Origin: Nitrospirota bacterium
Lineage (GTDB): Bacteria > Nitrospirota > Nitrospiria > Nitrospirales > Nitrospiraceae
Direction: 5' to 3'
Assembly: GCA_963701855.1 (NCBI GenBank)
Contig: CAVPBK010000015.1
Coordinates: 1 to 64,000, forward strand
Length of the DNA stretch: 64,000 bases
The translations under genes and the position numbers were made by a program. Below, in pieces: positions 9,622-19,433 of this stretch. Numbering within the stretch: the stretch's first letter is position 1; every line of letters starts with the position of its first letter. A model generated the notes under the pieces. The model was not told where the DNA came from and ran no database searches. It saw nothing but the letters and a program-made list of their open reading frames with translations.

Positions 9622-9828
9622 TTAGATCGTGATTGTGACCGTCTTGATCGCTGCCTTCACCTGGTCCGCCATTTCCTGCGGGATTGAATCCAGTTTATGG
9701 CACTGCTTGGCGTGGGTGGCTACCAACTGCATCAGTTCCGCCTCCGTCTCAGCCCGCACCTGGAATCCGCAGCCGCCTGCCGGTTGGACATCCAGACATC
9801 CGAGTTGCTTGTATGGTTTCATCGCCAT
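9622..9828 (-). CDS. DUF1059-like small metal-binding protein
   Basis: C.D....GC.F...AETE.EL......HA...H pattern; RBS AGGAGG. Confidence 0.75.
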   Translation of the reverse strand: MAMKPYKQLGCLDVQPAGGCGFQVRAETEAELMQLVATHAKQCHKLDSIPQEMADQVKAAIKTVTITI

Positions 9829-9924
9829 GGTTCGCTCCTCCTGTGTGATGAGGTGAAGTAATAAGGTGTATAGTTCAGCACGTCAGCCAGGCCGGGTCAA
9901 TACCACCTGACGGCTTCAGGCTGG

Positions 9925-10290
9925 CTACATGGAATAGAAGAACTCCTCCTTGACGATTTTTCCATTTTGAATTGTATAGAGGCCTGTTTCGTCCATGGTC
10001 ATGCGTTTCCCCGTGTGTTTCGGCGTGACGTCATACCTGAAATGAAGGATGAAGCGGTCGCCGTGGGGATAGGGCCCGTCAACCGTGCCTCCGTGGATCT
10101 GATGATTGTCGACCCACCATTGATTTTTCCCTTTGATCTTTGTGATCCCTCTCTGGGTCTGTTCCATGCCTGGCATGGCACAGGGCTCGACGCTCTCGAC
10201 ATTTGGCGAGTAAAAGCGATCGATCGCCTCCTGATTTTTGCCCTGTCTGCATAGTATCGCCAATTCTTTTCCGATATCTATGGCCGTCAT
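9925..10290 (-). CDS. SnoaL-like (NTF2 fold) protein
   Basis: YSPNVESVE, GPYPHGDRF, MDE.GLYT...GKIVKEEFFY. Confidence 0.8.
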   Translation of the reverse strand: MTAIDIGKELAILCRQGKNQEAIDRFYSPNVESVEPCAMPGMEQTQRGITKIKGKNQWWVDNHQIHGGTVDGPYPHGDRFILHFRYDVTPKHTGKRMTMDETGLYTIQNGKIVKEEFFYSM

Positions 10291-10385
10291 AATGGCTCCT
10301 CCTATTCCGGTAGTCGCGATGGCCTATCTGTTCTGATCTTGATGCCGAGACGTTGAAACATTCTTTTGGCGCGTCTCCTGTGCGC

Positions 10386-11144
10386 TCATACCGCCATGAC
10401 TCCCCCGTCGACAGGTAGAATGCTGCCGGTCGTCCAACGTGACTCATCGGACGCAAAATAGATTGCAGCTTCGGCTATTTCTTCCGGCTCCCCCAGGCGA
10501 CCCATCGGATGGATGTCCTCGAATAACGCGTTAGCCTTCGGGTCCTTCAGCATCTCCTGGACCGGCGGGGTCAGTACGCCCGCGGGACAGATGCAGTTGC
10601 AACGGATGCCCTGCTTTGCATACTCGACCGCTACTGATTTGGTCAGCATAATCACCCCCGCTTTCGCCGCCTGGTACGCATGGGCCTGAAAGAAGGGGAT
10701 GGCTTTCATCCCCGCGACCGTTGACACGTTGAGAATCGAACCCCCGCCCTGTTTCAACATCAGCGGGATCGTGGCACGCATGAATCGGAATGTCCCTTTC
10801 AAGAACAAGTCGAGCGTCTCGTCCCAAATCTGGTCGCTGGTTTCATGCAGCGGCCCTGCATAGAACAGGTTCCCCGCGTTGTTCACAAGGATGTCGAGTC
10901 TCCCAAATGTTCGGACCGTGGATTCCACCGCTTTGCGTACATCCTGTTCATTCGTCACGCTTCCCTGAAGAGCCAATGCATGGCCTCCCTGTTGCTCGAT
11001 GGCGTTGACGACCCGCGCCAATTCCTCCTTCCGCCGACCCGTGATTGCGACCTTCGCGCCCTCCCGCGCAAAGACTCTCGCGATCGCTTCTCCGATACCG
11101 GTCCCTCCGCCTGTGACAATAGCCACTTTATTCGCGAGTCTCAT
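10386..11144 (-). CDS. Short-chain dehydrogenase/reductase
   Basis: TGGGTGIG, NNAG, YQAAK, VDGG; start set at MRLANK after RBS AAGGAGG. Confidence 0.9.
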   Translation of the reverse strand: MRLANKVAIVTGGGTGIGEAIARVFAREGAKVAITGRRKEELARVVNAIEQQGGHALALQGSVTNEQDVRKAVESTVRTFGRLDILVNNAGNLFYAGPLHETSDQIWDETLDLFLKGTFRFMRATIPLMLKQGGGSILNVSTVAGMKAIPFFQAHAYQAAKAGVIMLTKSVAVEYAKQGIRCNCICPAGVLTPPVQEMLKDPKANALFEDIHPMGRLGEPEEIAEAAIYFASDESRWTTGSILPVDGGVMAV

Positions 11145-11224
11145 GGGCACATCCTCCTTGAAAGATTTGTGTTGAGCGTGTCTTGCGGCATCTTTTCGCA
11201 CTGCTGTGAATGGCAATGAGTCTC

Positions 11225-11437
11225 TTATGTCGCCATTACCAGTTTCTTTAGCCGTTGCCGGCACAACGGGTCAAGCTCGGTCTTGTGGGTAGGTTGATGA
11301 TGAGCCGCGATCACAGAATCGACGATCGCGCCGCAGTTGAGACAGCGCCACGCGGAGATCTCATATCCCGCAGTGCCCAATTCAATATCGTCATACTGCT
11401 CCAGAACCATCAACCCCGTACAACGTTGGCATGTCAT
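11225..11437 (-). CDS. Small Zn-ribbon protein (CxxC..CxxC)
   Basis: MTCQRCTGLMV...WRCLNCGAIVD; RBS GGAGG; paralogue at 43395. Confidence 0.7.
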   Translation of the reverse strand: MTCQRCTGLMVLEQYDDIELGTAGYEISAWRCLNCGAIVDSVIAAHHQPTHKTELDPLCRQRLKKLVMAT

Positions 11438-11478
11438 ATGGCGCCTCCTTCCCTGGATGATCGATGTCACTTCGAGTG

Positions 11479-11494
11479 TGGAACGATCGTTCCA
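11479..11494. promoter_or_regulatory. Putative TetR operator 1
   Basis: Perfect 16-bp palindrome TGGAACGATCGTTCCA upstream of the Zn-ribbon/SDR genes. Confidence 0.7.
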
Positions 11495-11519
11495 TAACAG
11501 GTTAAAAAAATGGATTGCC

Positions 11520-12101
11520 TCAGTCCATGATCGAGAGTGCGATCTCCGCTGTCTGTTTCACGACATCAGCCGGCGCTCCGGCTTTAATCATCACAATGGC
11601 GCCTTGCATCATTGTGACGAGGAACTGCGCCAGTGTTCGCGGATCTTGTCCTTTTTGAAGCTCGCCTTGCTGTTTTGCGCGGGTCAAGACTTTAAAAAAG
11701 GTGTCTTCAGCCATCTTCAGGGCCAGACGGAGCCTGCCCGCGATCTCTTTCTCGTGCGGTGATAGTTCTATGACCGTGTTGGAGATAAGGCAACCACGGC
11801 GTTTCGGGTCGGCCAGGCCACCCTCGATCATGCCGCTGATGAACCGACGCAAGGTCGGGAGGGCCGGGCCAGGTTGGTCGAGGAGGGAAAACTTCGAACT
11901 GGCGAAGGTCGTGCAGTAGCGGTCCATCACTTTCAGGAACAGTTGGCGCTTATCGCCGAAGGTGCCGTAGAGCGAGCCACGATTCAGATCCATCGCGTTG
12001 AGCAAATCCTTCATCGACGTGGCTTCATACCCCTTATGCCAGAAGACCTGCATGGCCTTTTCGATCGCATCGTCTGGGTTGAATTCCTTCGGGCGGGGCA
12101 T
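11520..12101 (-). CDS. TetR/AcrR-family regulator (NemR/ComR-like)
   Basis: MPRPKEF..FWHKGYEATS..GSLY.TFGDK HTH; RGCLI.N in the C-domain. Confidence 0.9.
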   Translation of the reverse strand: MPRPKEFNPDDAIEKAMQVFWHKGYEATSMKDLLNAMDLNRGSLYGTFGDKRQLFLKVMDRYCTTFASSKFSLLDQPGPALPTLRRFISGMIEGGLADPKRRGCLISNTVIELSPHEKEIAGRLRLALKMAEDTFFKVLTRAKQQGELQKGQDPRTLAQFLVTMMQGAIVMIKAGAPADVVKQTAEIALSIMD

Positions 12102-12147
12102 TCGGGCTCTCCTGAATTCCTGACTCGGTGGGCAAAGTAACATATAT

Positions 12148-12163
12148 TGGAACGATCAGTCAA
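12148..12163. promoter_or_regulatory. Putative TetR operator 2, overlapping the tetR -35
   Basis: TGGAACGATCAGTCAA, 13/16 match to operator 1; minus strand begins TTGACT. Confidence 0.6.
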
Positions 12164-12373
12164 TAATAGGAGCGCTACCATCTATATCTATCTCGCCGAT
12201 GACGCCGTCATGCTGAGCATGTGAGCATGTGAGGAAGTGAGGAGTGTAGCCTACTGAGTTCGAGGGCCCGTTTTGGACTTCTATACAATAACGGTGGCGA
12301 TATATACTAACTGCTCAACCACCGAGGGGACGACAAAGATTCTCGTGACGGTGGAGAGGATTCAAAGAAGCAG

Positions 12374-12811
12374 ATGGTGGAAGACATACGGTCATACATC
12401 AAGGCGTTGCTGCGAAAAATGGGTTTGCGGATTGCGGAGCACCCTCGTCATGAATCCGTACGGCAGGACGGAAGGCCTCTTCGGTCTGAACGTCGTCGGG
12501 AAACACGAAGGCCGAGAATTAGTCCCTGCACCTATGGCTTGTTGCGCTCGGTGGATCGCGATGGTGCGATCCTTCAAGAGGGGCAAGGCACCGCGGTGAA
12601 CGATAGTCCAACCGGAATGCGGCTCCTGCTCGGCGTCGCTCCATCCAAAGGTCAGCTTTTGGAAATTCAAACCAACGATCAGACGCTCGAACGTGCCATC
12701 TGTCTCGTAGAAGTCTGTTGGACGAAACCGCTGCAACAAGACGCGCAAGGAGCGCTGTACCTCGTCGGCTGTCGCCAGAACTTCGGCACTACACACGATA
12801 AGGCCATATAG
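12374..12811 (+). CDS. PilZ-like domain protein
   Basis: RRETR, N-x-S-x-x-G (NDSPTG), EVCW, YLVGC; similar to 55157-55612. Confidence 0.6.
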   Translation: MVEDIRSYIKALLRKMGLRIAEHPRHESVRQDGRPLRSERRRETRRPRISPCTYGLLRSVDRDGAILQEGQGTAVNDSPTGMRLLLGVAPSKGQLLEIQTNDQTLERAICLVEVCWTKPLQQDAQGALYLVGCRQNFGTTHDKAI

Positions 12812-12857
12812 CGCGACGCGTATTCCCCTAGCATCCTTCTGTGAACAACCATCTTTC

Positions 12858-12960
12858 CTGTCTGGCCAGTCTGGTTTGTTTTGTTTATCTGGTTGATTTG
12901 GTTCATCTGGTTGGTTTCGTGCCACAAAAAACAAGACAGAACAGACAAGCCAAATAACGG
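12858..12960. repeat. Low-complexity 9-nt-period inverted repeat, family D
   Basis: (TCTGGTTTG/TCTGGTTGA)n followed by its complement (AACAAGACA/AACAGACAA)n; similar block at 54808-54885. Confidence 0.6.
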
Positions 12961-13010
12961 TTTTCTTCTGCTGGCAGAACTTTTCAGCGTCCTGCTAGAA
13001 TCGCTCCGCC

Positions 13011-13742
13011 ATGCCGATCGAAACGTTTACCGCACAAGTTGAGTCGATTGAGAATCTCACCCACGACGTGCGCCGTCTCGATCTGCGGTTAATCAAGCCG
13101 AAGACCATCACGTTTAAGCCCGGTCAATTTGTGTCTTTTGAAATGCCGGATCCGCAGACCGGCCGCCTCCTCACGCGGGCCTACTCCATCGCCTCGCAAC
13201 CCGGCAAATCAGGCGTCATCACGCTATTGTTCAATCTGATATCCGGTGGTCCAGGCTCCGGCTTTCTGTTCCATCTCACAGCAGGAGAGAAGACACAGTT
13301 CAAAGGGCCGGCGGGGCATTTCTATCTGCGAGACGATCCTGAACGCGAACTGCTGTTTGTGGCCAGTGGTACCGGCATCGCGCCGATCCGGTCCATGTTA
13401 TTGGCGAACGCGGAAAGTTCCGATCCGAGGCCGGCGACTCTGTTCTGGGGCCTACGCAGCCAACGGGATTTGTACGATCAGGAGGAGCTGGCCGAGCTGA
13501 CCAGGCGAATGCCGGCTTTTACGGCCATCACCACACTCTCCCGCCCTGAGCCCGGCTGGTCCGGCTCATCTGGCCGCGTCTTGCAGCTGATCGAGGAGAG
13601 GATTTCCTCCGTCAAGAATCTGGCTGTCTATCTCTGCGGGAACAGCGCCATGATTGCCGACGCCACATCGTTGCTCCAGAAGAAAGGCCTCTGCCCCATC
13701 TACCGCGAAAAATACTACGACGGAGAAGGGGATGGAGGCTGA
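13011..13742 (+). CDS. FAD/NAD(P)H-dependent oxidoreductase (FNR-like)
   Basis: FKPGQF, RAYSIAS, GPGS, ASGTGIAP, YLCG. Confidence 0.88.
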   Translation: MPIETFTAQVESIENLTHDVRRLDLRLIKPKTITFKPGQFVSFEMPDPQTGRLLTRAYSIASQPGKSGVITLLFNLISGGPGSGFLFHLTAGEKTQFKGPAGHFYLRDDPERELLFVASGTGIAPIRSMLLANAESSDPRPATLFWGLRSQRDLYDQEELAELTRRMPAFTAITTLSRPEPGWSGSSGRVLQLIEERISSVKNLAVYLCGNSAMIADATSLLQKKGLCPIYREKYYDGEGDGG

Positions 13743-13925
13743 TGATCCTCTGTGCTCGTGCAACGCGAGGTCTTCCCACAGAAGAAGATCAAGGTTGAGG
13801 CTTAGGTTGAGCAGTGACCAATCATGCTTCGGTGTCTTTTTTTCCCTCAACCTCGACCTAATCCTTGGCCTGCCAATGAGATGCGCACAATAAAGGGCAG
13901 CCTTGGCCACTCCCTTAAAGAGAGG
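13727..13925 (+). repeat. Family A hairpin element with a family E hairpin inserted in its loop
   Basis: GGGGATGGAGGCTGATGATCC.CTGTGCTCGTGCAACGCG left arm; insert 13790-13870 also found at 25115-25200; right arm GATGCGCACAAT..GGCCACTCCC. Confidence 0.75.
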
Positions 13926-13945
13926 TATAGGAAAAAGGTGAACAT

Positions 13946-14665
13946 GTGAATCGGTTGAAAGACAAAGTCGCGATTGTGACGGGCAGCAGCAGCGGCATCG
14001 GCAAGGCGATCGCGCTGCGCTTTGGAGCCGAAGGTGCGAAAGTCATCGTCACGGCCAGGCGGATGGCCCTCTGTGAACAGACCGTCGCACAGATCGCGAA
14101 GGCCGGCGGCGAGGCCTGGGCTGTGCATACCGACGTGGCCGATGAACGACAGGTGGACCGACTGATTGAGGAGACAGTCTCGCGCTATGCGCGGCTGGAC
14201 ATTCTCGTGAACAATGCGGGAATTATTGCAGGCGGGCGGTTAGCCGAGACGACGACGGCATCGTTCGACGAGGTGCTGAACGTGAACCTGCGCGGCACGT
14301 TCTTCTGTTGCCGGGCCGGGTTTAAGCAGATGAAGAAGCAAGGGGGGGGAATCATCATCAATATGTCGAGCGTCGCCGGCGTGCAGGCCTGGACAGGCAC
14401 GGGCACCTACAGCGCATCGAAGCACGGCATCATGGCGTTGACGAAGTCGCTCGCCGATGAAGGCCGTCCGTATCACATTAGAGTGAGCGCCATTTGTCCA
14501 GGTGGGGTGGCTGACGATCTGGTGGATGCGTCGAAGGAAGAAATTCTCCGTAGCGAGAAGATCGACCCATTCGACGTGGCTGAAACGGCGGTTTACCTTG
14601 CGACACTCGGCAAGTATTCCGTGGTACATCAGGTCGTCATCGATCGGCTGGGGGCGGATTGGTAG
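13946..14665 (+). CDS. Short-chain dehydrogenase/reductase
   Basis: TGSSSGIG, NNAG, YSASK. Confidence 0.9.
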   Translation: MNRLKDKVAIVTGSSSGIGKAIALRFGAEGAKVIVTARRMALCEQTVAQIAKAGGEAWAVHTDVADERQVDRLIEETVSRYARLDILVNNAGIIAGGRLAETTTASFDEVLNVNLRGTFFCCRAGFKQMKKQGGGIIINMSSVAGVQAWTGTGTYSASKHGIMALTKSLADEGRPYHIRVSAICPGGVADDLVDASKEEILRSEKIDPFDVAETAVYLATLGKYSVVHQVVIDRLGADW

Positions 14666-14666
14666 A

Positions 14667-14895
14667 GGAGGGTAACCTGTTGGTCTCTCGTGCTCGCGCA
14701 ACGCGCGGTCTAGGAAGACCCTCGTTGAACGCGCGCAGTAAGAGACCAATCAGGCCGCCCTTGATGAGGGAAGTCATGAAGAAGGGTGTGACGGTGAATC
14801 TGTGCTCGTTCGATGCGCACAGTAAAGGGCAGCCTTGGCCGCTCCCCTAAAAGAGCGGTATGAAGAATCGGAAGGTCTCAATGCGCGCATTGAAG
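14667..14895 (+). repeat. Family A hairpin elements (one full copy plus extra right arms)
   Basis: CCTGTTGGTCTCT-cGTGCTCGCGCAACG..CGTTGAACGCGCGCAGT-AGAGACCAATCAGG. Confidence 0.75.
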
Positions 14896-15318
14896 ATTGT
14901 GATCATCAGAGTACGGGAGAGGGCGGACGATTGGTAGTTGTCGCCCAAGAAGCGTGAGGTGGTCTAGGAGAAACGTGCTACGCTTCACGAACGACTTGTC
15001 TAGTTAGCGTCTTTGTTATCGGCTTTTGTTCCCAACCTCTTGTCCCGTGCCTTCTCCAAACGCCATCTGATTTGCTCATTCACTATCCATCATTCCACAT
15101 TCGTCTGGCCTCTAGATCGCGCGGCATTCCTGGAGATAGCGGGGATCTCTGTCGGGTTCTAAGCATGAACAGATGACTGTCTCATCCTTGTCTGAATGCG
15201 TATCCATACATAGGTTGACTCATACATCTTATGCAGCACTTCTTGTCCCGCTCTGACTATGCCATCGAGGAATGGTTGGAATTTCAATGTCTAAGAGAGC
15301 CTCGGAGATTAGCGTGAC

Positions 15319-15334
15319 GGGCACATCTTATGCT
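15319..15334 (+). promoter_or_regulatory. Possible sigma54 promoter
   Basis: GGGCACATCTTATGCT, GG-N10-GC spacing, about 70 nt before the di-haem gene start. Confidence 0.4.
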
Positions 15335-15404
15335 CATTAGTAATGCCATGATCGGTCCTAAATTAATGGTGCACAGAAATTCAGCTATCTATAGGGAGGC
15401 TAAC

Positions 15405-16806
15405 ATGACTTCTCGCGCGGGTATCATGAAGTTCGGAGGCATCGGATTGTCGGTGGTATTTGCGGTGATCGGAGCGTCCTTTTCTGACGATGTCTGGTCA
15501 CAGATGGCACGATTCGCGGCACGCGATCCTGGCGTACGTTCCGGCTCCGTTCCCACGGACCTCAAATTGCCGGGCCTCACCCCGTCGGAACAACGTGCCT
15601 TTGATGTAGGGCTGGGAGCCTTTCAGGAAGTGGCGTCCGTCCAAGGCGTGATCCCAGGCACAGAAGCCGGGCTTGGCCCGCGCTTCAACCTGGACGGTTG
15701 CGCCGGGTGTCATACGCAGCCGGCTGTCGGAGGGAGCAGTCCCGCCATCAATCCCCAGGTCCAGGTAGCCAAGAAAGAAGGTGCCAGCAATGACCTTCCA
15801 CCGTTTATCAAGAGCGATGGACCGATTCGTGAAGCCCGATTCAAGTCTAACCCGGACGGTACGCCCGACGGCGGCGTGCATGCGCTCTTTACGATCTCTG
15901 GTCGAAAGGATGCGCCGGGCTGTTTCCTTCAACAGCCGGATTTCCGCACCGCGGTGGCGCGCCAGAATGTGGTGTTTCGCATTCCGACGCCGGTCTTCGG
16001 GGCTGGGTTGATCGAATCCATTGACGACGATGCCATACTCGCCAACATGCAAGCCAACCTTGCTGCCAAGCAGTCGCTTGGTATTGGTGGCCGTGCGAAT
16101 AAATTGACGGGCCGGCCCAATACCAGCGGAAACGACGGCACCGTGACGCGTTTTGGGTGGAAAGCCCAGAACAAGTCGCTCGAAATCTTCGCAGGCGAAG
16201 CCTACAACGTTGAGCAGGGAGTCACGAACGATCTCTTTCCGCAGGAGCGAGATGAGGCACCGAATTGCCATTTTAATGCGACGCCGGAAAGTCGGACTAA
16301 CTTTGAGGCCACGGAGCATCTTGAAGGACTCAGCGATGTGGTGAAATTTGCGATGTTCATGCGCTTCCTGGCGCCTCCGACACCGGCACCCGACACCGAC
16401 ACCATCGTCCGGGGCCGGAAGGTGTTCGCAGAACGTCGGCTGTGCGATGTGCCATACCCCGACGTTGCACACCGGCAAATCGTCGGTGGCGGCATTGCAG
16501 GGCAAGGATGTCAACCTGTACTCCGATCTGGCGCTCCATAACATGGGGCCGGGCCTGGCCGATGATGTGAGCCAGGGCAACGCTACGGGGGATGAATTTC
16601 GCACAGCGCCCTTGTGGGGCCTCGGGAAACGAATCTTTTTCCTGCACGACGGGCGCACAAAAGATTTGATCGAAGCAATTCAGGACCATGCAAGCAGCGG
16701 CAACGGGCGCTATGTGCCCTCGGAAGCGAATCAAGTCGTCGGGCAGTACAATCGGCTCAACGAGATCGACAAGCAGCATCTGCTGAACTTCCTTCGTGCC
16801 TTGTGA
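15405..16806 (+). pseudogene. Di-haem oxidoreductase (DHOR / putative peroxidase) family protein, +1 frameshift at about 16430
   Basis: GLGPRFN..CAGCH, FGAGLIE, RFGWKAQ, EAYNVEQG in frame 1; CAMCH, YSDLALHNMG, FRTAPLWG, FLHDGR in the shifted frame. Confidence 0.82.
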
Positions 16807-16886
16807 TCCAGAATAGGTGAACGTGTGGCCGCGTCGTGTCTTCATATGAAGGCACGACGCAGGTGCGAAAGGGGAGGAATAGGGTG

Positions 16887-18431
16887 ATGCCTCAACCCGG
16901 CAAGGTCGTGACTCTCTTCGTGATCCTGTTCGCGCTGGCGTCCCCACAGGGGCTCTCTGCGGAGGGATTACGCGGCGGATTCGATGACGCGTTCGGTCCG
17001 CGGTTCAGTCCGGATGCCAGACCGGCCCCACCGGATTTGAAGCATCGCTCACGGCATGGATTCGATCGGGCCAACGTCGTCCGCCGTTGGAACCAGATCG
17101 CCATTGATGCCAGTGGTCTCGATCACACGCCGGTCGCCTCGGGAGAGACCCGCCTGTTCGGCGAACAACTTGGGCCGGGTCGCGCGGCCCGGGCGATGGC
17201 CATTGTCCATCTTGCCGTCTTCGAAGTGGTGAATGCCATCGAAGGCGACTTTAAAAGCTACGTCGGCCTGCCTCATGCAAAGCTGGGCACGTCGATGCAG
17301 GTGGGCGTCGCCCAAGCAGCCCACGATACGCTCGCCGCGCTCTTTCCTTCGCAAGCGCCGGCCTTCGACAACGTTCTCGCGGAGGAGCTGGCCGGAATTC
17401 CGGAAGGGCGCCTGAAAACCAACGGAATCGCGTTAGGGAAACGCGCGGCCTCGGCCATCCTCGCCGTGCGCGCCAACGACGGTTCGCAGCGCCCTGAGCC
17501 GCACGTCGGCATCGAGTTTCTCACGAGCAACGACCCGGGCAAGTGGCGGCAGGATCCCATCAGTATGATTCCGCTCGCATTGGGCGCCTACTGGGGTAAG
17601 GTCAAACCATTCGTACTCGAGCGAGGCGATCAATTTCGGGCGCCGGTGCCGCCCAGGATCGACAGTGCCGACTATGCCGTCGCCTATAACGAGGCGAAGA
17701 TGTTGGGGGGAGACGGTGTTATCACTCCCACGACCCGCACGGCGGAGCAAACGCAGATCGGAATCTATTGGGCTTACGACGGCACGCCGAGTTTGTGCGC
17801 GCCGCCGAGGCTCTACAACCAAATCACCATGCAGATCGCGAACAAGATGGGCACGGATACCGATGCCCTGGAACTCGCACGGCTTCTAGCCCTCGTGAAT
17901 GTTGCGATGGCTGACGCCGGGATCGCGATATGGGAGTCCAAATACTATTATCAATACTGGCGGCCGATCACCGGCATTCGAGAAGCCGACGAGCGCACAG
18001 GGCCAAGCGGATTGGGTGACGGCAATCCTGCCACGGCCGGAGATTCGACTTTTTCACCCCTCGGTGCGCCGGCCAGCAACCTTACCGGGCCGAACTTTAC
18101 CCCGCCGTTTCCGGCCTATCCCTCCGGTCATGCCGGGTTTGGTGGGGCGCTCTTCCAAACGTTGCGGAATTTCTACCGGACCGATCGTATCGCGTTTACC
18201 TTTGTCTCGGACGAATTCAACGGCGTGACTCAGGACAATAATGGCATCGTGCGGCCGGTCGTGGAGCGTCGCTTCTCTTCCCTCTCGCAGGCGGAGGAGG
18301 AAAACGGACAGAGTCGCATCTATCTCGGCATCCACTGGGCCTTCGACAAAACCGAGGGCATCGCGCAGGGCCGCAACGTGGCCGACTACGTGTTCAAGAA
18401 TATGTTGCGCCCGCAACACCCAGGACGGTAA
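16887..18431 (+). CDS. Vanadium-dependent haloperoxidase (PAP2 superfamily), secreted
   Basis: K-x6-RP (KYYYQYWRP), PAYPSGH, SRIYLGIHW vanadate-binding motifs; signal peptide; RBS GGAGG. Confidence 0.88.
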   Translation: MPQPGKVVTLFVILFALASPQGLSAEGLRGGFDDAFGPRFSPDARPAPPDLKHRSRHGFDRANVVRRWNQIAIDASGLDHTPVASGETRLFGEQLGPGRAARAMAIVHLAVFEVVNAIEGDFKSYVGLPHAKLGTSMQVGVAQAAHDTLAALFPSQAPAFDNVLAEELAGIPEGRLKTNGIALGKRAASAILAVRANDGSQRPEPHVGIEFLTSNDPGKWRQDPISMIPLALGAYWGKVKPFVLERGDQFRAPVPPRIDSADYAVAYNEAKMLGGDGVITPTTRTAEQTQIGIYWAYDGTPSLCAPPRLYNQITMQIANKMGTDTDALELARLLALVNVAMADAGIAIWESKYYYQYWRPITGIREADERTGPSGLGDGNPATAGDSTFSPLGAPASNLTGPNFTPPFPAYPSGHAGFGGALFQTLRNFYRTDRIAFTFVSDEFNGVTQDNNGIVRPVVERRFSSLSQAEEENGQSRIYLGIHWAFDKTEGIAQGRNVADYVFKNMLRPQHPGR

Positions 18432-18525
18432 CGACTCAGGCATCCGTGAAAGGTCTGAATGAATCCGGAAACGAACGACTCTTCACGTTCTTTCTTTGTG
18501 CAATCAGGGATCAACGATCGCCGGG

Positions 18526-18654
18526 CAGGATGCTCAAAAAATCCGTTCAGCAAGGCCGCAGGGAGATCGGCGACTGAAGCGTACCCTTGGGGTACGTTGC
18601 AGGGAGACGAGCGACTGAGAACGACGCCGGCGGACTTTTTCAGCATCCTGCTAG
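18526..18654. mobile_element. MITE-like element, family B
   Basis: Terminal inverted repeats GCAGGATGCTCAAAAA...TTTTTCAGCATCCTGC followed by TAG; internal GCGTACCC-TT-GGGGTACG hairpin. Confidence 0.7.
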
Positions 18655-19103
18655 CGATACTTGGCGAAGCAGATAAGATCCAGATGATCGTAGTGGTCGG
18701 GGAGAATCGTTTCCGCCTTGTAGCCGAGACTGAAGAACAAATGAATGTTCCTGGCCGTACGCAGCATGGTGCAGGCGTAGAACTTATGGGCGTCGGTCGT
18801 GACCTGTTCGATTTCTCGTATCAACGCCTTTCCCACCCCATGGCCCTGGTGGGTGGGGCTCACGGATAACAGCCGGATGATGCAGACTCCAGCCACGGTC
18901 CAAAAACGCACCGATCCCACCACCACTCCCTCCGCCTCCGCCACAAAGATATGCTTCTCCTTGGCATCTTCCTGGAGACTGTCGAGCGTTTCCGTCGTCC
19001 ATCCGCTTACTGTATAGACATTGGTGTATTCGCCGAACGCGGTCTGCTGTACGTGAAGAATAGCGGCGAAATCAGCTTCGGTTGCGGGTCTGATGTGAAT
19101 CAT
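18651..19103 (-). CDS. GNAT-family N-acetyltransferase
   Basis: LSVSPTHQGHGVGKAL motif A, FF..LGY. Confidence 0.85.
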   Translation of the reverse strand: MIHIRPATEADFAAILHVQQTAFGEYTNVYTVSGWTTETLDSLQEDAKEKHIFVAEAEGVVVGSVRFWTVAGVCIIRLLSVSPTHQGHGVGKALIREIEQVTTDAHKFYACTMLRTARNIHLFFSLGYKAETILPDHYDHLDLICFAKYR

Positions 19104-19213
19104 GATCGGCGCTCCAGGCTGATGCTCCCATGGGAGGATATCAAAGCCCGTTACGATCTTCTATCTGACGCGATCAGTGCGAGAGCAATCGGACTACTGG
19201 GGAACGGCTCCTG

Positions 19214-19433
19214 GCAGGCTGCTCAAAAAGCCGACGGTTCTCACCCGCCCCGCCCTGGCACGCCAAGACGCGCCGTTCCCCAGGCAAGGCCGCAACCGAT
19301 GAAAGTACCGGAAGCGTAGCTTTTCTCACCCGCCCACCCGAAGCTGCCAAGACAGCTTGTTCTCCAAGTGGGCTATGTTGAGGAGGTTTTCGAGGGGGGA
19401 ACGCCGCTGGCGGACTTTTTCAGCAGCCGCTAG
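19214..19433. mobile_element. MITE-like element, family B (expanded)
   Basis: GCAGGCTGCTCAAAAAG...CTTTTTCAGCAGCCGCTAG; internal direct repeat TTCTCACCCGCCC..GCCAAGAC twice. Confidence 0.65.

Noticed and set aside
12392..12948. Minus-strand ORFs with NQPD/NQIN repeats
   Set aside because: Products of the 9-nt low-complexity repeat, antisense to the PilZ-like gene
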